A stretch of DNA of 63,428 nucleotides, filler included, from Planctomycetota bacterium (GCA_026991575.1; 3 parts of 3 records of this genome joined end to end with filler, not necessarily neighbours in it); one strand, 5' to 3'. Shown: positions 33,723 to 43,636, counted from the first letter of the whole stretch. The notes: generated from the letters alone by a model not told the origin. Translations and numbers: made by a program.

Positions 33723-34957
33723 TACGACGCCGAGTTCTGGTAGCACTTAGCGGCCTGGGTATCGACCACCGCACCGTCAGCGCGCTGGAATGCAACGAAC
33801 GCAACCTGGAAGTACTCCAGATAGCGTTCCTCAGACCGGCGCAGCTGGATACCGTTAACCAGGCGTGCAGTGTAAGCAGCCTTGAAGTCGCCGAAGATGA
33901 TCGACTTCTCGGACGCTGCCATGTCTGGCATGTCTGGGTTGATCACATACGGGAAGCCAAGCAGCGTTCCGCTTCCAGTCGCGATATCGGGTACCCAGAG
34001 CGGACGCCCATTACCGTCCTTGAGCTTCTTGACCGCAGCCCAGGTATTAGCGTTGAACATCCACCTTGCATTCGGATGATAAGCCTGGTCCACCGAGGCA
34101 ATAAGGTCGACCAGGTCCTCATAAGTCACGCTGGTCGTCTGACCGGTGGCCCCTTGCTTTCCTACAGGAGCGCCGGTCTGTAATCCTTCTGGCTCATTGC
34201 TGCCAGTGCCGGTCGTCAGGTACTGGTTCAGAATCCTGCCAACACGCTGGCCGAGAATGTTCCCTAGGTAGCTTGCAAGGTCGATTGCAGAATCCTGCAA
34301 TAGCTGCAAGGATGCAGGAACGAGCTTACTAGAGAAGAGGTACCCTTTCAGCTCCTTCTGCCCGAACGTCGGGTCCTGTTGCGTGGTAGCAGATCCCTCA
34401 GCAACCAGCTCACCCTTTACGCTGGTCTCATCCAGCGTCGGAATTCCGAAGGGCTCGCCGCTAGAAGTCCGAAGAACGGTAACGTAGGGCAGGATCTGGT
34501 TATACCGCGACATCGCCGTCTCGATCGCGCTGGCGATGCGCTTCGGAACCAGATACCCGCCTGACGCTCCGGTGCCGGTGCCTAGTGCACGCAGCTCACG
34601 CAGCGCACGTGCTTCTTCCGGCTCCAGGGCCTGAGCGCCAAAGCGGACCCACTTCTCGAACGCGCGCTCTGCCAGGTCATCACCATCAGCAGCGTCTTCA
34701 TCAGCCGGTTCGTCGAGCCGGCTGGTGACGATCACACTCTCGTTGGTTTCCCGCTGCACGTCCAGATGACGTTCGAGCAAATTAATACGCTCCGTCAGGC
34801 CGTCGATATCAGACATAATGCGGTGGTACTTCTCTCGTTCCTCTGCGGTAAGGTTGCGGTCTTCTACTATTGCAGCCTTGAGTAAGGCGTCGGCCTCTTT
34901 TGCCAAGGCCTGACGGCGTTCTCTGAGCTCGTTGAGCGCGGTCACCGTGGTTGCCAT
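33722..34957 (-). CDS. major capsid protein, HK97 fold
   Basis: Coiled-coil delta domain, GGYLVP, LKDGNGRPLW, LLGFP, FGDF. GGAGGTG RBS. Confidence 0.95.
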   Translation of the reverse strand: MATTVTALNELRERRQALAKEADALLKAAIVEDRNLTAEEREKYHRIMSDIDGLTERINLLERHLDVQRETNESVIVTSRLDEPADEDAADGDDLAERAFEKWVRFGAQALEPEEARALRELRALGTGTGASGGYLVPKRIASAIETAMSRYNQILPYVTVLRTSSGEPFGIPTLDETSVKGELVAEGSATTQQDPTFGQKELKGYLFSSKLVPASLQLLQDSAIDLASYLGNILGQRVGRILNQYLTTGTGSNEPEGLQTGAPVGKQGATGQTTSVTYEDLVDLIASVDQAYHPNARWMFNANTWAAVKKLKDGNGRPLWVPDIATGSGTLLGFPYVINPDMPDMAASEKSIIFGDFKAAYTARLVNGIQLRRSEERYLEYFQVAFVAFQRADGAVVDTQAAKCYQNSAS

Positions 34958-35094
34958 GAGTTCACCTCCAAAAAGCGAACCGCCGCAGCGCACAACAGCC
35001 GCGGCACAACACTACCATGCGTCGCGGCTCCTGCACGCTGCGGCGGTTTGGCATAGTCGCTGCCCTTACACCCGCGTTGCAGTGGCCATCGCTT

Positions 35095-36048
35095 TCATGA
35101 TAAGAACAGCTTACGACGCAAGTCAAGCCTGAGGATGAACGGAGTCAAGTCCACCGAACGCAGCTTGAACTCGGGTGGGTCCATTTCGAACTGACGGTAG
35201 TGGCGTGCCAGGTGTGCGTACACCCGACGCTTATCAGCATCTGGAATAGCCACACCGCCCCTGGCTCCGAGCAGCGCTTGCATTGCTGCAATGACACCTC
35301 TCCGGTGCGTCACCAATTTGCCATCCACCACGTCATGGTGTGGCAGCTTATAGCTCCCGAACTGGTCAGGTGCGTCCGCGTCATACCATGCGAACGCGCG
35401 ACGGTACTTCACCCAGTCAATCTCACCATCCGCCTTCGTTGCCCATCTCCTGACCCGTTGCACAGCCGCGTCGGCGTCCCAGCTTGTGGCATTGAAAGCG
35501 GGCGTTCCTTCGTAAGGCACCACCGCCCTCAACTCGCTTTCAAAATAGCTTGCAAGGGACACAGATGTTGCCTTATACGCAGGGAACGTCACAACCGAAA
35601 CGTCATATAAGTCGACGTCCAGAAGCTCACGCAGTGGTGTATCGTCGTCTTCGGCTTGGGCCCACCTGTCACGCCGGACTCGGAAACCAAACGAGGCCCC
35701 CGTCACGTCACCCCGACGCAACAACTCAGCTACGTCGCGTGCGTACTGCGTGTCCGGGAGGGAAACGCGAAACCACAAGCCACGCTCATCCGAGCGAAGC
35801 TCGAGATTACCCGCTGACCGCCTGCCCAGCACGTAATTCGGGTCGTGGTTCCAGAGAGCGACTACGTCCGTGTCGCCGGCCAAGGCCCGATCGAAGGCCC
35901 CCCGGCGGATCACCTCTCGAAATGAACCGCCGATAGAGGTCTCGCTGTCGTAGACGGCTGCGTAGCCTTCCACTACCGCGGCATCGCCGCCCGACCGCAG
36001 CGAAAGCATACCGGACGGAACACACCTGCGTTCCAGCTCAATCGTCAT
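35095..36048 (-). CDS. HK97-type prohead protease with an extra C-terminal domain
   Basis: GYAAVY, FREVIRRGAF, LWNHD, SFGF, DVSVVTFPAY, followed by about 140 further residues. Confidence 0.93.
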   Translation of the reverse strand: MTIELERRCVPSGMLSLRSGGDAAVVEGYAAVYDSETSIGGSFREVIRRGAFDRALAGDTDVVALWNHDPNYVLGRRSAGNLELRSDERGLWFRVSLPDTQYARDVAELLRRGDVTGASFGFRVRRDRWAQAEDDDTPLRELLDVDLYDVSVVTFPAYKATSVSLASYFESELRAVVPYEGTPAFNATSWDADAAVQRVRRWATKADGEIDWVKYRRAFAWYDADAPDQFGSYKLPHHDVVDGKLVTHRRGVIAAMQALLGARGGVAIPDADKRRVYAHLARHYRQFEMDPPEFKLRSVDLTPFILRLDLRRKLFLS

Positions 36049-37615
36049 CGTCCCGTCCCCCAGGGCACATTGCCCGAAGCATTCTGTAGACGCGGTCCTC
36101 ATGTTCCTGCCACCATGCACCCAGTGCTTCGCGATCACGTGGCATCTCTTCTAGGAGTGACTGTGCAGTTGACTTTGCATCTTGCAGTTTGGCGCCGAGC
36201 TCTGAGATGCTAAGTGCCAGCTTATCTCCAGCGCGAGTGATTCCATCGAGCTTTCCTGTCTTCGTTGCAGCAAGAGTCGCCTGGCGGAACTTGGCCACCG
36301 CGTGGCGACATAGCCGCGAGATGACACGTGCCATCTCGCGGCTGTCGCCACTAGCGGGCGGAGGAGCGGCTTGCTGCTTTGTCTCACCCTGCCCCTGTTG
36401 CTCAGCTGGTGCCATGTTCAGCGGCACCAGATAGGTGTCTCCCCCATCAATCGGGTTCAGGTTCTCCAACCGACGGATATCGTTAGCACTAAGCCAGCCC
36501 CATTGACGCCCGACAGCGTATGCGCGGTACCGGCTCTCGATGTCACCGCGAAGCAAACCGTCCAGGGAAAACTCCGCGAAATACCGCGATTCGCGCGTCA
36601 GGCTGAACAGCTTCGTGTTCAGCTCACTCTCCCATCGAACGCACCATGGCCTGATGGTATGTACGACGAATTCGATCGATTGCTGCTCGACATTGGAGTA
36701 AGTGGCCCTTTCAAGGTGGGCAAGTAAGTGTGGAGGCACCCTGTATAAGCGTGCTATTTCCTCAACTTGAAACTTACGCGTCTCGATGAATTGTGCGTCG
36801 TCCGGCGGGATGGTAAGTGGCTTATACGTCAGGCCGTCTTCCAGGATTGCCGTCTTAAATGCCCCCCGGGGGCCGCCATAAATCTGCTGCCAGGACACAC
36901 GAAGACGCTCGCGTGCCTCAGGTGACAGCCGACCGGGAAACTCAAGCACGCCACCTGGCAGCGCCCCCTGGCCGAAGAACTTCGCTCCGTACTGCTCAGC
37001 GACGAGAGCAATGCCAACAGCGTTCCGCGCCACGCGAATCGGAGAGTAACCCACCAGGCCATCGTAACCAAGTCCGACCACATGCAGCACCTCGTCCTGG
37101 TGGTACCGTCGGACTACCTCAGTTCCGCCCGGGCGCGGCAGCCGGAACGTGTACCACTTGACCCACGCACCAGCCTCCCGGTCCCACCGCAGCTCCACTT
37201 CCTCGAACTGATGAGGAAGCACTGGCACGATCTGTGTTACCCGGCCGGACCCATCGCGCTCAACAATCGCGAAGCCGTTGCCGTAAAGCAACACGTGCGA
37301 TGTCAGCAGTTCACGGAATTGGAACGATGTATAAGCAGGGTGTGGCCGGTCATGCAAAAGCCTGTATAAGCGGTGCTCACGCGCAGGGCGCTTCGCACCG
37401 TCAGGCATGCGCTCATACACACGAAGCGGGATCGACGCGATCGTCTCTGCTATCACACGCACGGCTGCGAAAACGGCCGTGCACCGGATTGCCGCCTCCG
37501 GTGAAACGGCAATGCCAGCGTCAGATACAGCTGATACGTCGTCGACCAGGTCCTGGTACGTAAACGACCGGGCCTGCGTCAGCCACCTTGTAACACGCCT
37601 TAGCAGTCCGGTCAT
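36038..37615 (-). CDS. portal protein, HK97 family
   Basis: AVFAAVRVIAETIASIP, LLYGNGF, DAQFIETRKF, TYSNVEQQ. Confidence 0.96.
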   Translation of the reverse strand: MTGLLRRVTRWLTQARSFTYQDLVDDVSAVSDAGIAVSPEAAIRCTAVFAAVRVIAETIASIPLRVYERMPDGAKRPAREHRLYRLLHDRPHPAYTSFQFRELLTSHVLLYGNGFAIVERDGSGRVTQIVPVLPHQFEEVELRWDREAGAWVKWYTFRLPRPGGTEVVRRYHQDEVLHVVGLGYDGLVGYSPIRVARNAVGIALVAEQYGAKFFGQGALPGGVLEFPGRLSPEARERLRVSWQQIYGGPRGAFKTAILEDGLTYKPLTIPPDDAQFIETRKFQVEEIARLYRVPPHLLAHLERATYSNVEQQSIEFVVHTIRPWCVRWESELNTKLFSLTRESRYFAEFSLDGLLRGDIESRYRAYAVGRQWGWLSANDIRRLENLNPIDGGDTYLVPLNMAPAEQQGQGETKQQAAPPPASGDSREMARVISRLCRHAVAKFRQATLAATKTGKLDGITRAGDKLALSISELGAKLQDAKSTAQSLLEEMPRDREALGAWWQEHEDRVYRMLRAMCPGGRDDDD

Positions 37616-37625
37616 CTGTTCTCCA

Positions 37626-39182
37626 TCAGATAACCAACAGCCCCCTGTCCTCGTACACAGAGCTTCCACCGCCACCACGGTCGCGTAGCATGGCCCGTCC
37701 TAAGGCCATGACACACGCTACAATCCCGTCGATCTTCTCACGTGACCGACGTTTCGACGGCTTGATGTTACCGGCCGGGTCACTCTCTGCAACGCAGTGT
37801 TGCACAGCCCACCGAGTCACTGGGTCGCCCTCGTGCCTTATATGTCCACCAAGTATAAGCCTTTCAAGTTCCTTACTCGGCCCTGACATCGACAGAAAAC
37901 CCTGTCCAAACGACACAACATCGAGCCCGTCGTCAACCAACTGTCCAGCCAGCTGGAGCCCCTGGAAGTATCGATCCAGGGCCAGTTCTACGATGCGATA
38001 CTCGCGAGCGAACTCTAACACGTCGGCCCGCACGCGGTCGTAGTCGACGCAGTTGCCCGGAGTCAGCCTTAGCCATCCTTCCGCAGCCCATTGGTCGTAC
38101 GGCACCCTGTCCGTCTTTGCACGCTGGTACACCGTCTCGGCAGGACACCAGTAAATCCACCGCGCCGTGTATCCGCCGCACTCCTCCGGGAAGAGGAGAC
38201 ACAGGGCAGTAAGGTCACGCACTGCGGAAAGGTCGAGGCCTGCGTAACACTCCCGGCCGCGGTACTCGGACCAGTCGATGTCCCGCCGGCACGCATCCCA
38301 ATCTGACAGGTTTAGCCATGTCGCATAGTGCTGCGACCGCCACACGTTCAGGTGGAGCTGGCGGAACGCCTCCGTAGCAGCCGGAGATCTACGCGCCGCC
38401 CTGGCTGCGGCCTCCAGATACTCGCGCGTTACCGTGTGCCCGTAGCTTGGGTTGGCTTTCCTCCATGCACGCGGCTTATCCCAGTCTTCTCCGTCGTACT
38501 TATACAGCACTGGGTAAAACCTCTCATCCCTGATGGCTCCACTTGCAACCCCTTCTGCGTACCTGTGCATCTCCCATGCAACGTTACCGTCCTCAGCAAC
38601 ACCGGCCGTGGTAATAGCCACGACCAAAGGCTGGCGGCGTGCACCAGTACCAGTAGTCAGCACATCCCACAGCTCGCGACCCTGGTGCGCGTGGACCTCG
38701 TCGATGACGGCTCCATGCACGTTCAGGCCGTGCTTCGTGGACGCATCACTTGAGAGCACTTTCCACCGATTTCTGCGCCGTGGAAAGTGGATCTCGCGCC
38801 GGTAGATCATCGAGTGGTCGGCCAGCGCTGGAGCTTGTTCTACCATCGCACGCGCTGCTTCGAAGACGATCGCAGCCTGCTCACGATCAGCCGCCGCCGA
38901 GTAAATCTCTGCACCGTCTTCGTCGTCAGCGTAAAGCAGGTATAAGGCTATCGCAGCCGCCAGTGTCGTCTTTCCGTTTTTGCGTGGCACCTCGATCCAC
39001 ACGGTGCGATAGCGGCGCAGGCCGTGTTCGTCGACCCATCCAAACACGTCGGAAATGATGCGCCGCTGCCAGGGCAACAACTTCAGAGGTTGCCCTGCCC
39101 ACGGTCCAATGTGCTGCCGCAAGCGCGATATGAATTGCAGGGCACGCTTGGCCTTCGACTTATCGAAATGCCACCGCGCCAT
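37626..39182 (-). CDS. terL: terminase large subunit
   Basis: PRKNGKT Walker A, IDEVH Walker B, ITTAG, GLDLS, KIDGIVA. Confidence 0.97.
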   Translation of the reverse strand: MARWHFDKSKAKRALQFISRLRQHIGPWAGQPLKLLPWQRRIISDVFGWVDEHGLRRYRTVWIEVPRKNGKTTLAAAIALYLLYADDEDGAEIYSAAADREQAAIVFEAARAMVEQAPALADHSMIYRREIHFPRRRNRWKVLSSDASTKHGLNVHGAVIDEVHAHQGRELWDVLTTGTGARRQPLVVAITTAGVAEDGNVAWEMHRYAEGVASGAIRDERFYPVLYKYDGEDWDKPRAWRKANPSYGHTVTREYLEAAARAARRSPAATEAFRQLHLNVWRSQHYATWLNLSDWDACRRDIDWSEYRGRECYAGLDLSAVRDLTALCLLFPEECGGYTARWIYWCPAETVYQRAKTDRVPYDQWAAEGWLRLTPGNCVDYDRVRADVLEFAREYRIVELALDRYFQGLQLAGQLVDDGLDVVSFGQGFLSMSGPSKELERLILGGHIRHEGDPVTRWAVQHCVAESDPAGNIKPSKRRSREKIDGIVACVMALGRAMLRDRGGGGSSVYEDRGLLVI

Positions 39183-39619
39183 CAGGCCCCCCTCAAGAAC
39201 GCTTCAATCGGGTCACTTTCCGTCGGAGATGCAACCTTTCCTTTCGGCCTTTCCTTCCCGACCACTCTTAGCGCTCTTAGTTGCTGCATCAGACATGCCA
39301 TGAGCTTAGCATAGCTCGTTGCACACTTGCCGTACTCCTGGTCGGATGGAGACAGTGACTGAAGGCTGTCACGGATCCTTATAAGCTCTCCAAATAACGT
39401 GACAGCCTCATCTACCAGGTAGCGATGTGCTGGATGAAAGTTGTCATCGGCGACAACGTAGTCACGAAGCCGCTCCCAGAACGCACGCTGCAGCGGCGTG
39501 ATGCCGCGTGGCGGCAGCCAGCCGCCGGCTTCCGCACGCTCCCGCCGCCTGGCGACCTCGTCTGCCTTTACCCCTTGCGGCTTCGCCTTTCGCCCAGATC
39601 TCCCCTTTTTCCCAGCCAA
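39182..39619 (-). CDS. terS: terminase small subunit
   Basis: Position before terL, GGAGG then a TTG start, MAGKKGRSGRK N-terminus, DPIEAFL end. Confidence 0.75.
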   Translation of the reverse strand: MAGKKGRSGRKAKPQGVKADEVARRRERAEAGGWLPPRGITPLQRAFWERLRDYVVADDNFHPAHRYLVDEAVTLFGELIRIRDSLQSLSPSDQEYGKCATSYAKLMACLMQQLRALRVVGKERPKGKVASPTESDPIEAFLRGA

Positions 39620-39719
39620 TGCGGCCCTCCCGACCTTCCTGGGGCCGCAAAATCGCGAAAAGGCCCCCGGCTCGGTCTGCGTTCTCGCGTGCCCGCTCTG
39701 ACTCACCCCCTACCCTTTG

Positions 39720-40028
39720 CTATCTTACCTCCGACCTTACAACTCCACGTATAAGTTCGCTGGTCAACTGAGCGTTCGCACTAGTCAACCGCACCTCACA
39801 CCACATAGGGCCATCCTCTGAGAGGTCACCCGGTGCCATCGTCACGTAGCATCGGCCAGCCTTGGCATCCTCGACAGCCATCTGTTTCTCTTGCACTGCC
39901 CCGGACCCAATGCGCCAACGAAACACTGGAGTCCAGCCGGTTAGGTCTACTGGCTGTCCAGTCTGGTCCGTCACGGTAACGCTGATCTTTGTGCCGTGGT
40001 CTGTGCGAACCAGCTGCAGCGTGGTCAC
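39720..40028 (-). CDS. BppU-N-like Ig-fold structural protein
   Basis: VTDQTGQPVDLTGW...DAKAGRC...GDL..G...EV pattern. Confidence 0.6.
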   Translation of the reverse strand: MTTLQLVRTDHGTKISVTVTDQTGQPVDLTGWTPVFRWRIGSGAVQEKQMAVEDAKAGRCYVTMAPGDLSEDGPMWCEVRLTSANAQLTSELIRGVVRSEVR

Positions 40029-40183
40029 AGCGTCTGATCCCGTCTAACAACAGCAACAATACCGTCAGATCCTGCGCCGACCGCCTGGCCATCTGACCTG
40101 ACTACAACTGTAATCGTCACCCCTGTCTCTGGCGTTGCGAGCTTTCTGCTGTAACCCCAGCATGGGATAAGCCACCAGATCAT
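40025..40183 (-). CDS. 52-aa hypothetical protein (below the ORF-track cutoff)
   Basis: MIWWLIPCWG..., with ATGA and GTGA overlaps to both neighbours. Confidence 0.6.
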   Translation of the reverse strand: MIWWLIPCWGYSRKLATPETGVTITVVVRSDGQAVGAGSDGIVAVVRRDQTL

Positions 40184-41346
40184 TCTACTTTCACCACAGG
40201 CTCAGCATTGGCGTCCGTTTGCAACGTCTTTGACACGTGGACCGTTGCTCCGTCGGTGCGATAAATCGTCCAGCTGGTGCCAGACCGCTCTGACTCGAGC
40301 ATCGCTAGCACGACAGTGCACAGGCTGTGTTCCGGAGCGCTTGCTTCGACAGACGACACGCCGCGTTTCAAGGTTGCGTCTGCAATCGCATCGTGCTCCG
40401 TTGCTGCCAGCTGGTAGCCTGTCTTGTCGTTGTTCGTCGCTACCGTTACCTGCTCACTCGCTGCATCAAAGGTGCTCCTAGTCGACACGGCCACGTCGAG
40501 ATAATCGTCAGCGTCCTTTAGCGCTGCACCTGTGGTGCCAGGTGCTGGAGTCGCCGGCAGGACCTGGCCCATATCGATCTGTACGGGTTCTGTGAGGCCG
40601 CGGGTGGCGTAGGCCCACACATCGGCTGCGGTAGCTCTGGAAGAGACCGACACATCGAGCAGCGCGCCGAACGAACCGGCGGCTGTGTGGTCAGCTTGCA
40701 ATTCGTCCCACACTGCGTCTGCAATGCTGCCTTTCTCAGCAGACGTGAGAGTGTAACCAGTCTTATCGTTGTTGGTGCCGACTATTACATGGTCGGTTGC
40801 TGGGTTGAAAGTGCTTCTGGAACTTACTGTTGCATCAAGGTAGTCGTCTGCATCACGCAGGGCCTGGCCCGTTGTTCCTGCGACGGGCGTTGTCGGAAGT
40901 GGCTGTTCCATGTCGATGGTAACTGGATTTGCAACGTTATCCACCGTGCCGCCCGTAATCGTCCGCGTCGCGACCGCCCACACGTCGGCGGCCGAGTGGC
41001 TGGAGCGGCTCGCGACGTTCGTGTCGAGGTTCGACAGGCCGAGGTTGACTGAGCTGTACGGGTCGTAGGCAACGACCCAGTACACCACGTTCACGGGGTC
41101 GGCACCGGTGGCGGTGATCTTCACAGCGAGAGGCCCGAGCGTGTCCACATCGGCGGCTGCGAACGTGTAAACGTACCAGCCGCTTCCAAGCTCGCTTACT
41201 GTTCCACCTCCGTTGGCGAATGCAGCGCCGTTTTTGCTGATCTGCACGCTCGGCGTGAGCCCGGTCTTCGGGGTGACGTGGTCGGTGCTGTCGTACATCA
41301 CGAACAGCAGCTTCTTGGTCGTGTCGTTTTGCTTGACAATTCGCAT
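40180..41346 (-). CDS. putative virion fibre/structural protein with an internal duplication
   Basis: Thr/Ala/Asp-rich, with two copies of AADVWA.ATR...DADDYLD...RSTF...TNNDKTGY. Confidence 0.7.
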   Translation of the reverse strand: MRIVKQNDTTKKLLFVMYDSTDHVTPKTGLTPSVQISKNGAAFANGGGTVSELGSGWYVYTFAAADVDTLGPLAVKITATGADPVNVVYWVVAYDPYSSVNLGLSNLDTNVASRSSHSAADVWAVATRTITGGTVDNVANPVTIDMEQPLPTTPVAGTTGQALRDADDYLDATVSSRSTFNPATDHVIVGTNNDKTGYTLTSAEKGSIADAVWDELQADHTAAGSFGALLDVSVSSRATAADVWAYATRGLTEPVQIDMGQVLPATPAPGTTGAALKDADDYLDVAVSTRSTFDAASEQVTVATNNDKTGYQLAATEHDAIADATLKRGVSSVEASAPEHSLCTVVLAMLESERSGTSWTIYRTDGATVHVSKTLQTDANAEPVVKVE

Positions 41347-41349
41347 GGC

Positions 41350-42717
41350 TCACATCCCCGCGAAGACGCGAGCGAGGGGGACACCTGATGCGCCACCACC
41401 GCCAGAGCCCGCCTGGCTCTCCACGGCGCCGATGTCTGGGTAGCTCGTCGTGTTCGGCAGGCCGGGCCACGTTTGTGGGATACCTATATCGCCGAACACC
41501 TGCTTGCCGAAATCGTTCAAGGAATAGTCACCATTGGCCCGGTCAACAAAGATTTCCTTCGAGCTGTCCGGCGAATACACCGGGTCAATCATGTTCACGA
41601 CACCATTGGTGGCGCCGGCAGTGTTGGCATGGAACCCGACTTTCTCGATGATCGGGTTGAACAAACCTTCACTGCTGTTCCGGTTAATACCGTAGCCACC
41701 GCAGTGGGCAATGAGCACGTTCTTGAGGAGTACCCGATCCGCACCACGCCAGTACTCGTTCACGTCGGCGAACACGCCATCATTGGTGCTCTCAACGATG
41801 AGCGAGTCGATGACGTGGATGGATCCACTCTTGTTGATGAAGAGCCCGTTGGTGCAGCCGCGAAAGATGCAACCGGCAATCGTCACGACGTTATGGTTTG
41901 CACCGGAGAAGCCATAGGTGCAATCGCGGATGTGGCAGCCAAAGACTAACCCAAAAACGGTATCATTTGACTGAGTGTACAGCGCGTAATCACAGTCGTA
42001 GATCTCACACTGTTCAACGATGATCTTCGTCGACCGCTCCCACTGCACGCCTGTCTGGAAACCATGGATCACGCAATTCTTCACCCATATGTCATCCCAG
42101 TACCCATAGAAGCAACGTCCGATTCTTCCGGGCACCGGACCAACGAGCTCAAGATTCTCCAGACGAATGCGGCCTTTTATCCAGTTACCACTCGCTGCAC
42201 GAACCACGGGGCGCCCGCCAACCCCGATAATGACGGGCCATTCGTGGCGGTCCGGTTCGAGACCACTGCCGCTACCGGACGTGCTGTCTAGCTGCCAGTC
42301 CGCTGAGTGCTCGTACTCAATTCCGGTGTACTCAAGCTCGATCCGCCACGGACCATACGGGTCCTTGAAGAGTTGCAGTGACCCATCTATCGTGGCACGC
42401 TTGCCGCCAATCGCCCACGTCTTGCCTGATAGATTCGCCGGGAACGGCGTCTGGCTGTGGACTGTAATCGTTTTCGCAGCGTTATCTTTGCCAACGATCT
42501 GAGCGTACTCACGCCCGCCTGTCCCGCTGACCCAGATCACATGGCTGCCATCAGTCGCCACATTGGTCAAATCTGGGTTGTCCGCGCTCAGATCAACAGT
42601 AAGCCCGTCAGAGCTAGTCGAGGCACTTGAGCCAAATATGGCTGGATCCGGCCCAGCACCACTAGCTTGCGTGTCGCTCCCGGTCTGGTTGTTGAGCCGC
42701 ACTACAGGCCACGCCAT
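41350..42717 (-). CDS. parallel beta-helix (pectin lyase-like) tailspike or receptor-binding protein
   Basis: Repeated NC.I / C.I.DC..G rungs and a PDIGAVE end motif. Confidence 0.75.
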   Translation of the reverse strand: MAWPVVRLNNQTGSDTQASGAGPDPAIFGSSASTSSDGLTVDLSADNPDLTNVATDGSHVIWVSGTGGREYAQIVGKDNAAKTITVHSQTPFPANLSGKTWAIGGKRATIDGSLQLFKDPYGPWRIELEYTGIEYEHSADWQLDSTSGSGSGLEPDRHEWPVIIGVGGRPVVRAASGNWIKGRIRLENLELVGPVPGRIGRCFYGYWDDIWVKNCVIHGFQTGVQWERSTKIIVEQCEIYDCDYALYTQSNDTVFGLVFGCHIRDCTYGFSGANHNVVTIAGCIFRGCTNGLFINKSGSIHVIDSLIVESTNDGVFADVNEYWRGADRVLLKNVLIAHCGGYGINRNSSEGLFNPIIEKVGFHANTAGATNGVVNMIDPVYSPDSSKEIFVDRANGDYSLNDFGKQVFGDIGIPQTWPGLPNTTSYPDIGAVESQAGSGGGGASGVPLARVFAGM

Positions 42718-42721
42718 CCAG

Positions 42722-43069
42722 CTACAGCTCCACGCTCATCCGAGGCGTCGGGTTCACTGCGACGCGCAGTGCGTTCTCGTAGTGTGCCTTGCCATTGCTT
42801 GCGACGCTGTCGAGCGCAGCCACCAATGCCTGCAGCGCCTCGATGATTCGGTTCACATCGGCGCCGGTGATCTGCTGCCTTCCGTCCGCAGGCGAGCCGT
42901 CGGCCACCACGTACGTGGCGTCGTCTGGGAACAGCGACGCCATGTCCTTGGCCTGCCACTCAGCCAAGATGGCTGCGGCAGCGGCTCGGCCACGGCAGAG
43001 AATGTCCGCGGCCACGCGGATGCGTTCGTTGGAGAACCGGACTGCGTTGGGTTGGTCAATTTGGGGCAT
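42722..43069 (-). CDS. hypothetical phage protein
   Basis: GAGG RBS, tight operon spacing. Confidence 0.7.
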   Translation of the reverse strand: MPQIDQPNAVRFSNERIRVAADILCRGRAAAAAILAEWQAKDMASLFPDDATYVVADGSPADGRQQITGADVNRIIEALQALVAALDSVASNGKAHYENALRVAVNPTPRMSVEL

Positions 43070-43087
43070 GGCTTACCTCTGTGTCTT

Positions 43088-43627
43088 TTACTCCACTGGC
43101 CAGCAGTACCAACCTTCTCGCTTACGCCGAGCAAACACGTCCGCCTTTACCAGGCCCTGGAAGGCCTCGTCCAGCATATCGTAGAATGCTTCTGGCTTTG
43201 CAGAGTGCAGCCTAGCGTGCGGCTGTCCGTGAAAGCAGCTCCTTCCAAAGCTTACACCAGCCGGCCGAATGAACTTTCCTTTCCAGAACCAGAGCACGTA
43301 CTCGTGATTGCGCTTCACGCTGCCGAACAGCGGGAAGGCGTTACGCTTGCACCACACTAGCCTGCAGTGGAAACGCAACCTTTCTCTCAGAAAGCTTTCG
43401 ACCTGCCACATGTTCCTGTCAATGCACCACACGAAGATGTGAGCCGAGCAAGCTAAGGCTGGTATTAGCACACGATCAAAGAACGCAAAGACAGCGTCCA
43501 TTGGCCAGGTGTGGTACGACGGGCCAGTCTTGCCTACTTGATGTTTCTTTCGCCTGACGAACGGGCACTGCCATGGTGGGTCGACGACCATGATCTGGAC
43601 CTTATCGCCAGGCCTGAACGCAGCCAC
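43088..43627 (-). CDS. MT-A70-family N6-adenine methyltransferase
   Basis: DPPW, FVWC, VWCK, HEYVL, HSAKP and FARR...GW motifs. Confidence 0.88.
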   Translation of the reverse strand: MAAFRPGDKVQIMVVDPPWQCPFVRRKKHQVGKTGPSYHTWPMDAVFAFFDRVLIPALACSAHIFVWCIDRNMWQVESFLRERLRFHCRLVWCKRNAFPLFGSVKRNHEYVLWFWKGKFIRPAGVSFGRSCFHGQPHARLHSAKPEAFYDMLDEAFQGLVKADVFARRKREGWYCWPVE

Positions 43628-43636
43628 AGCGACAGC

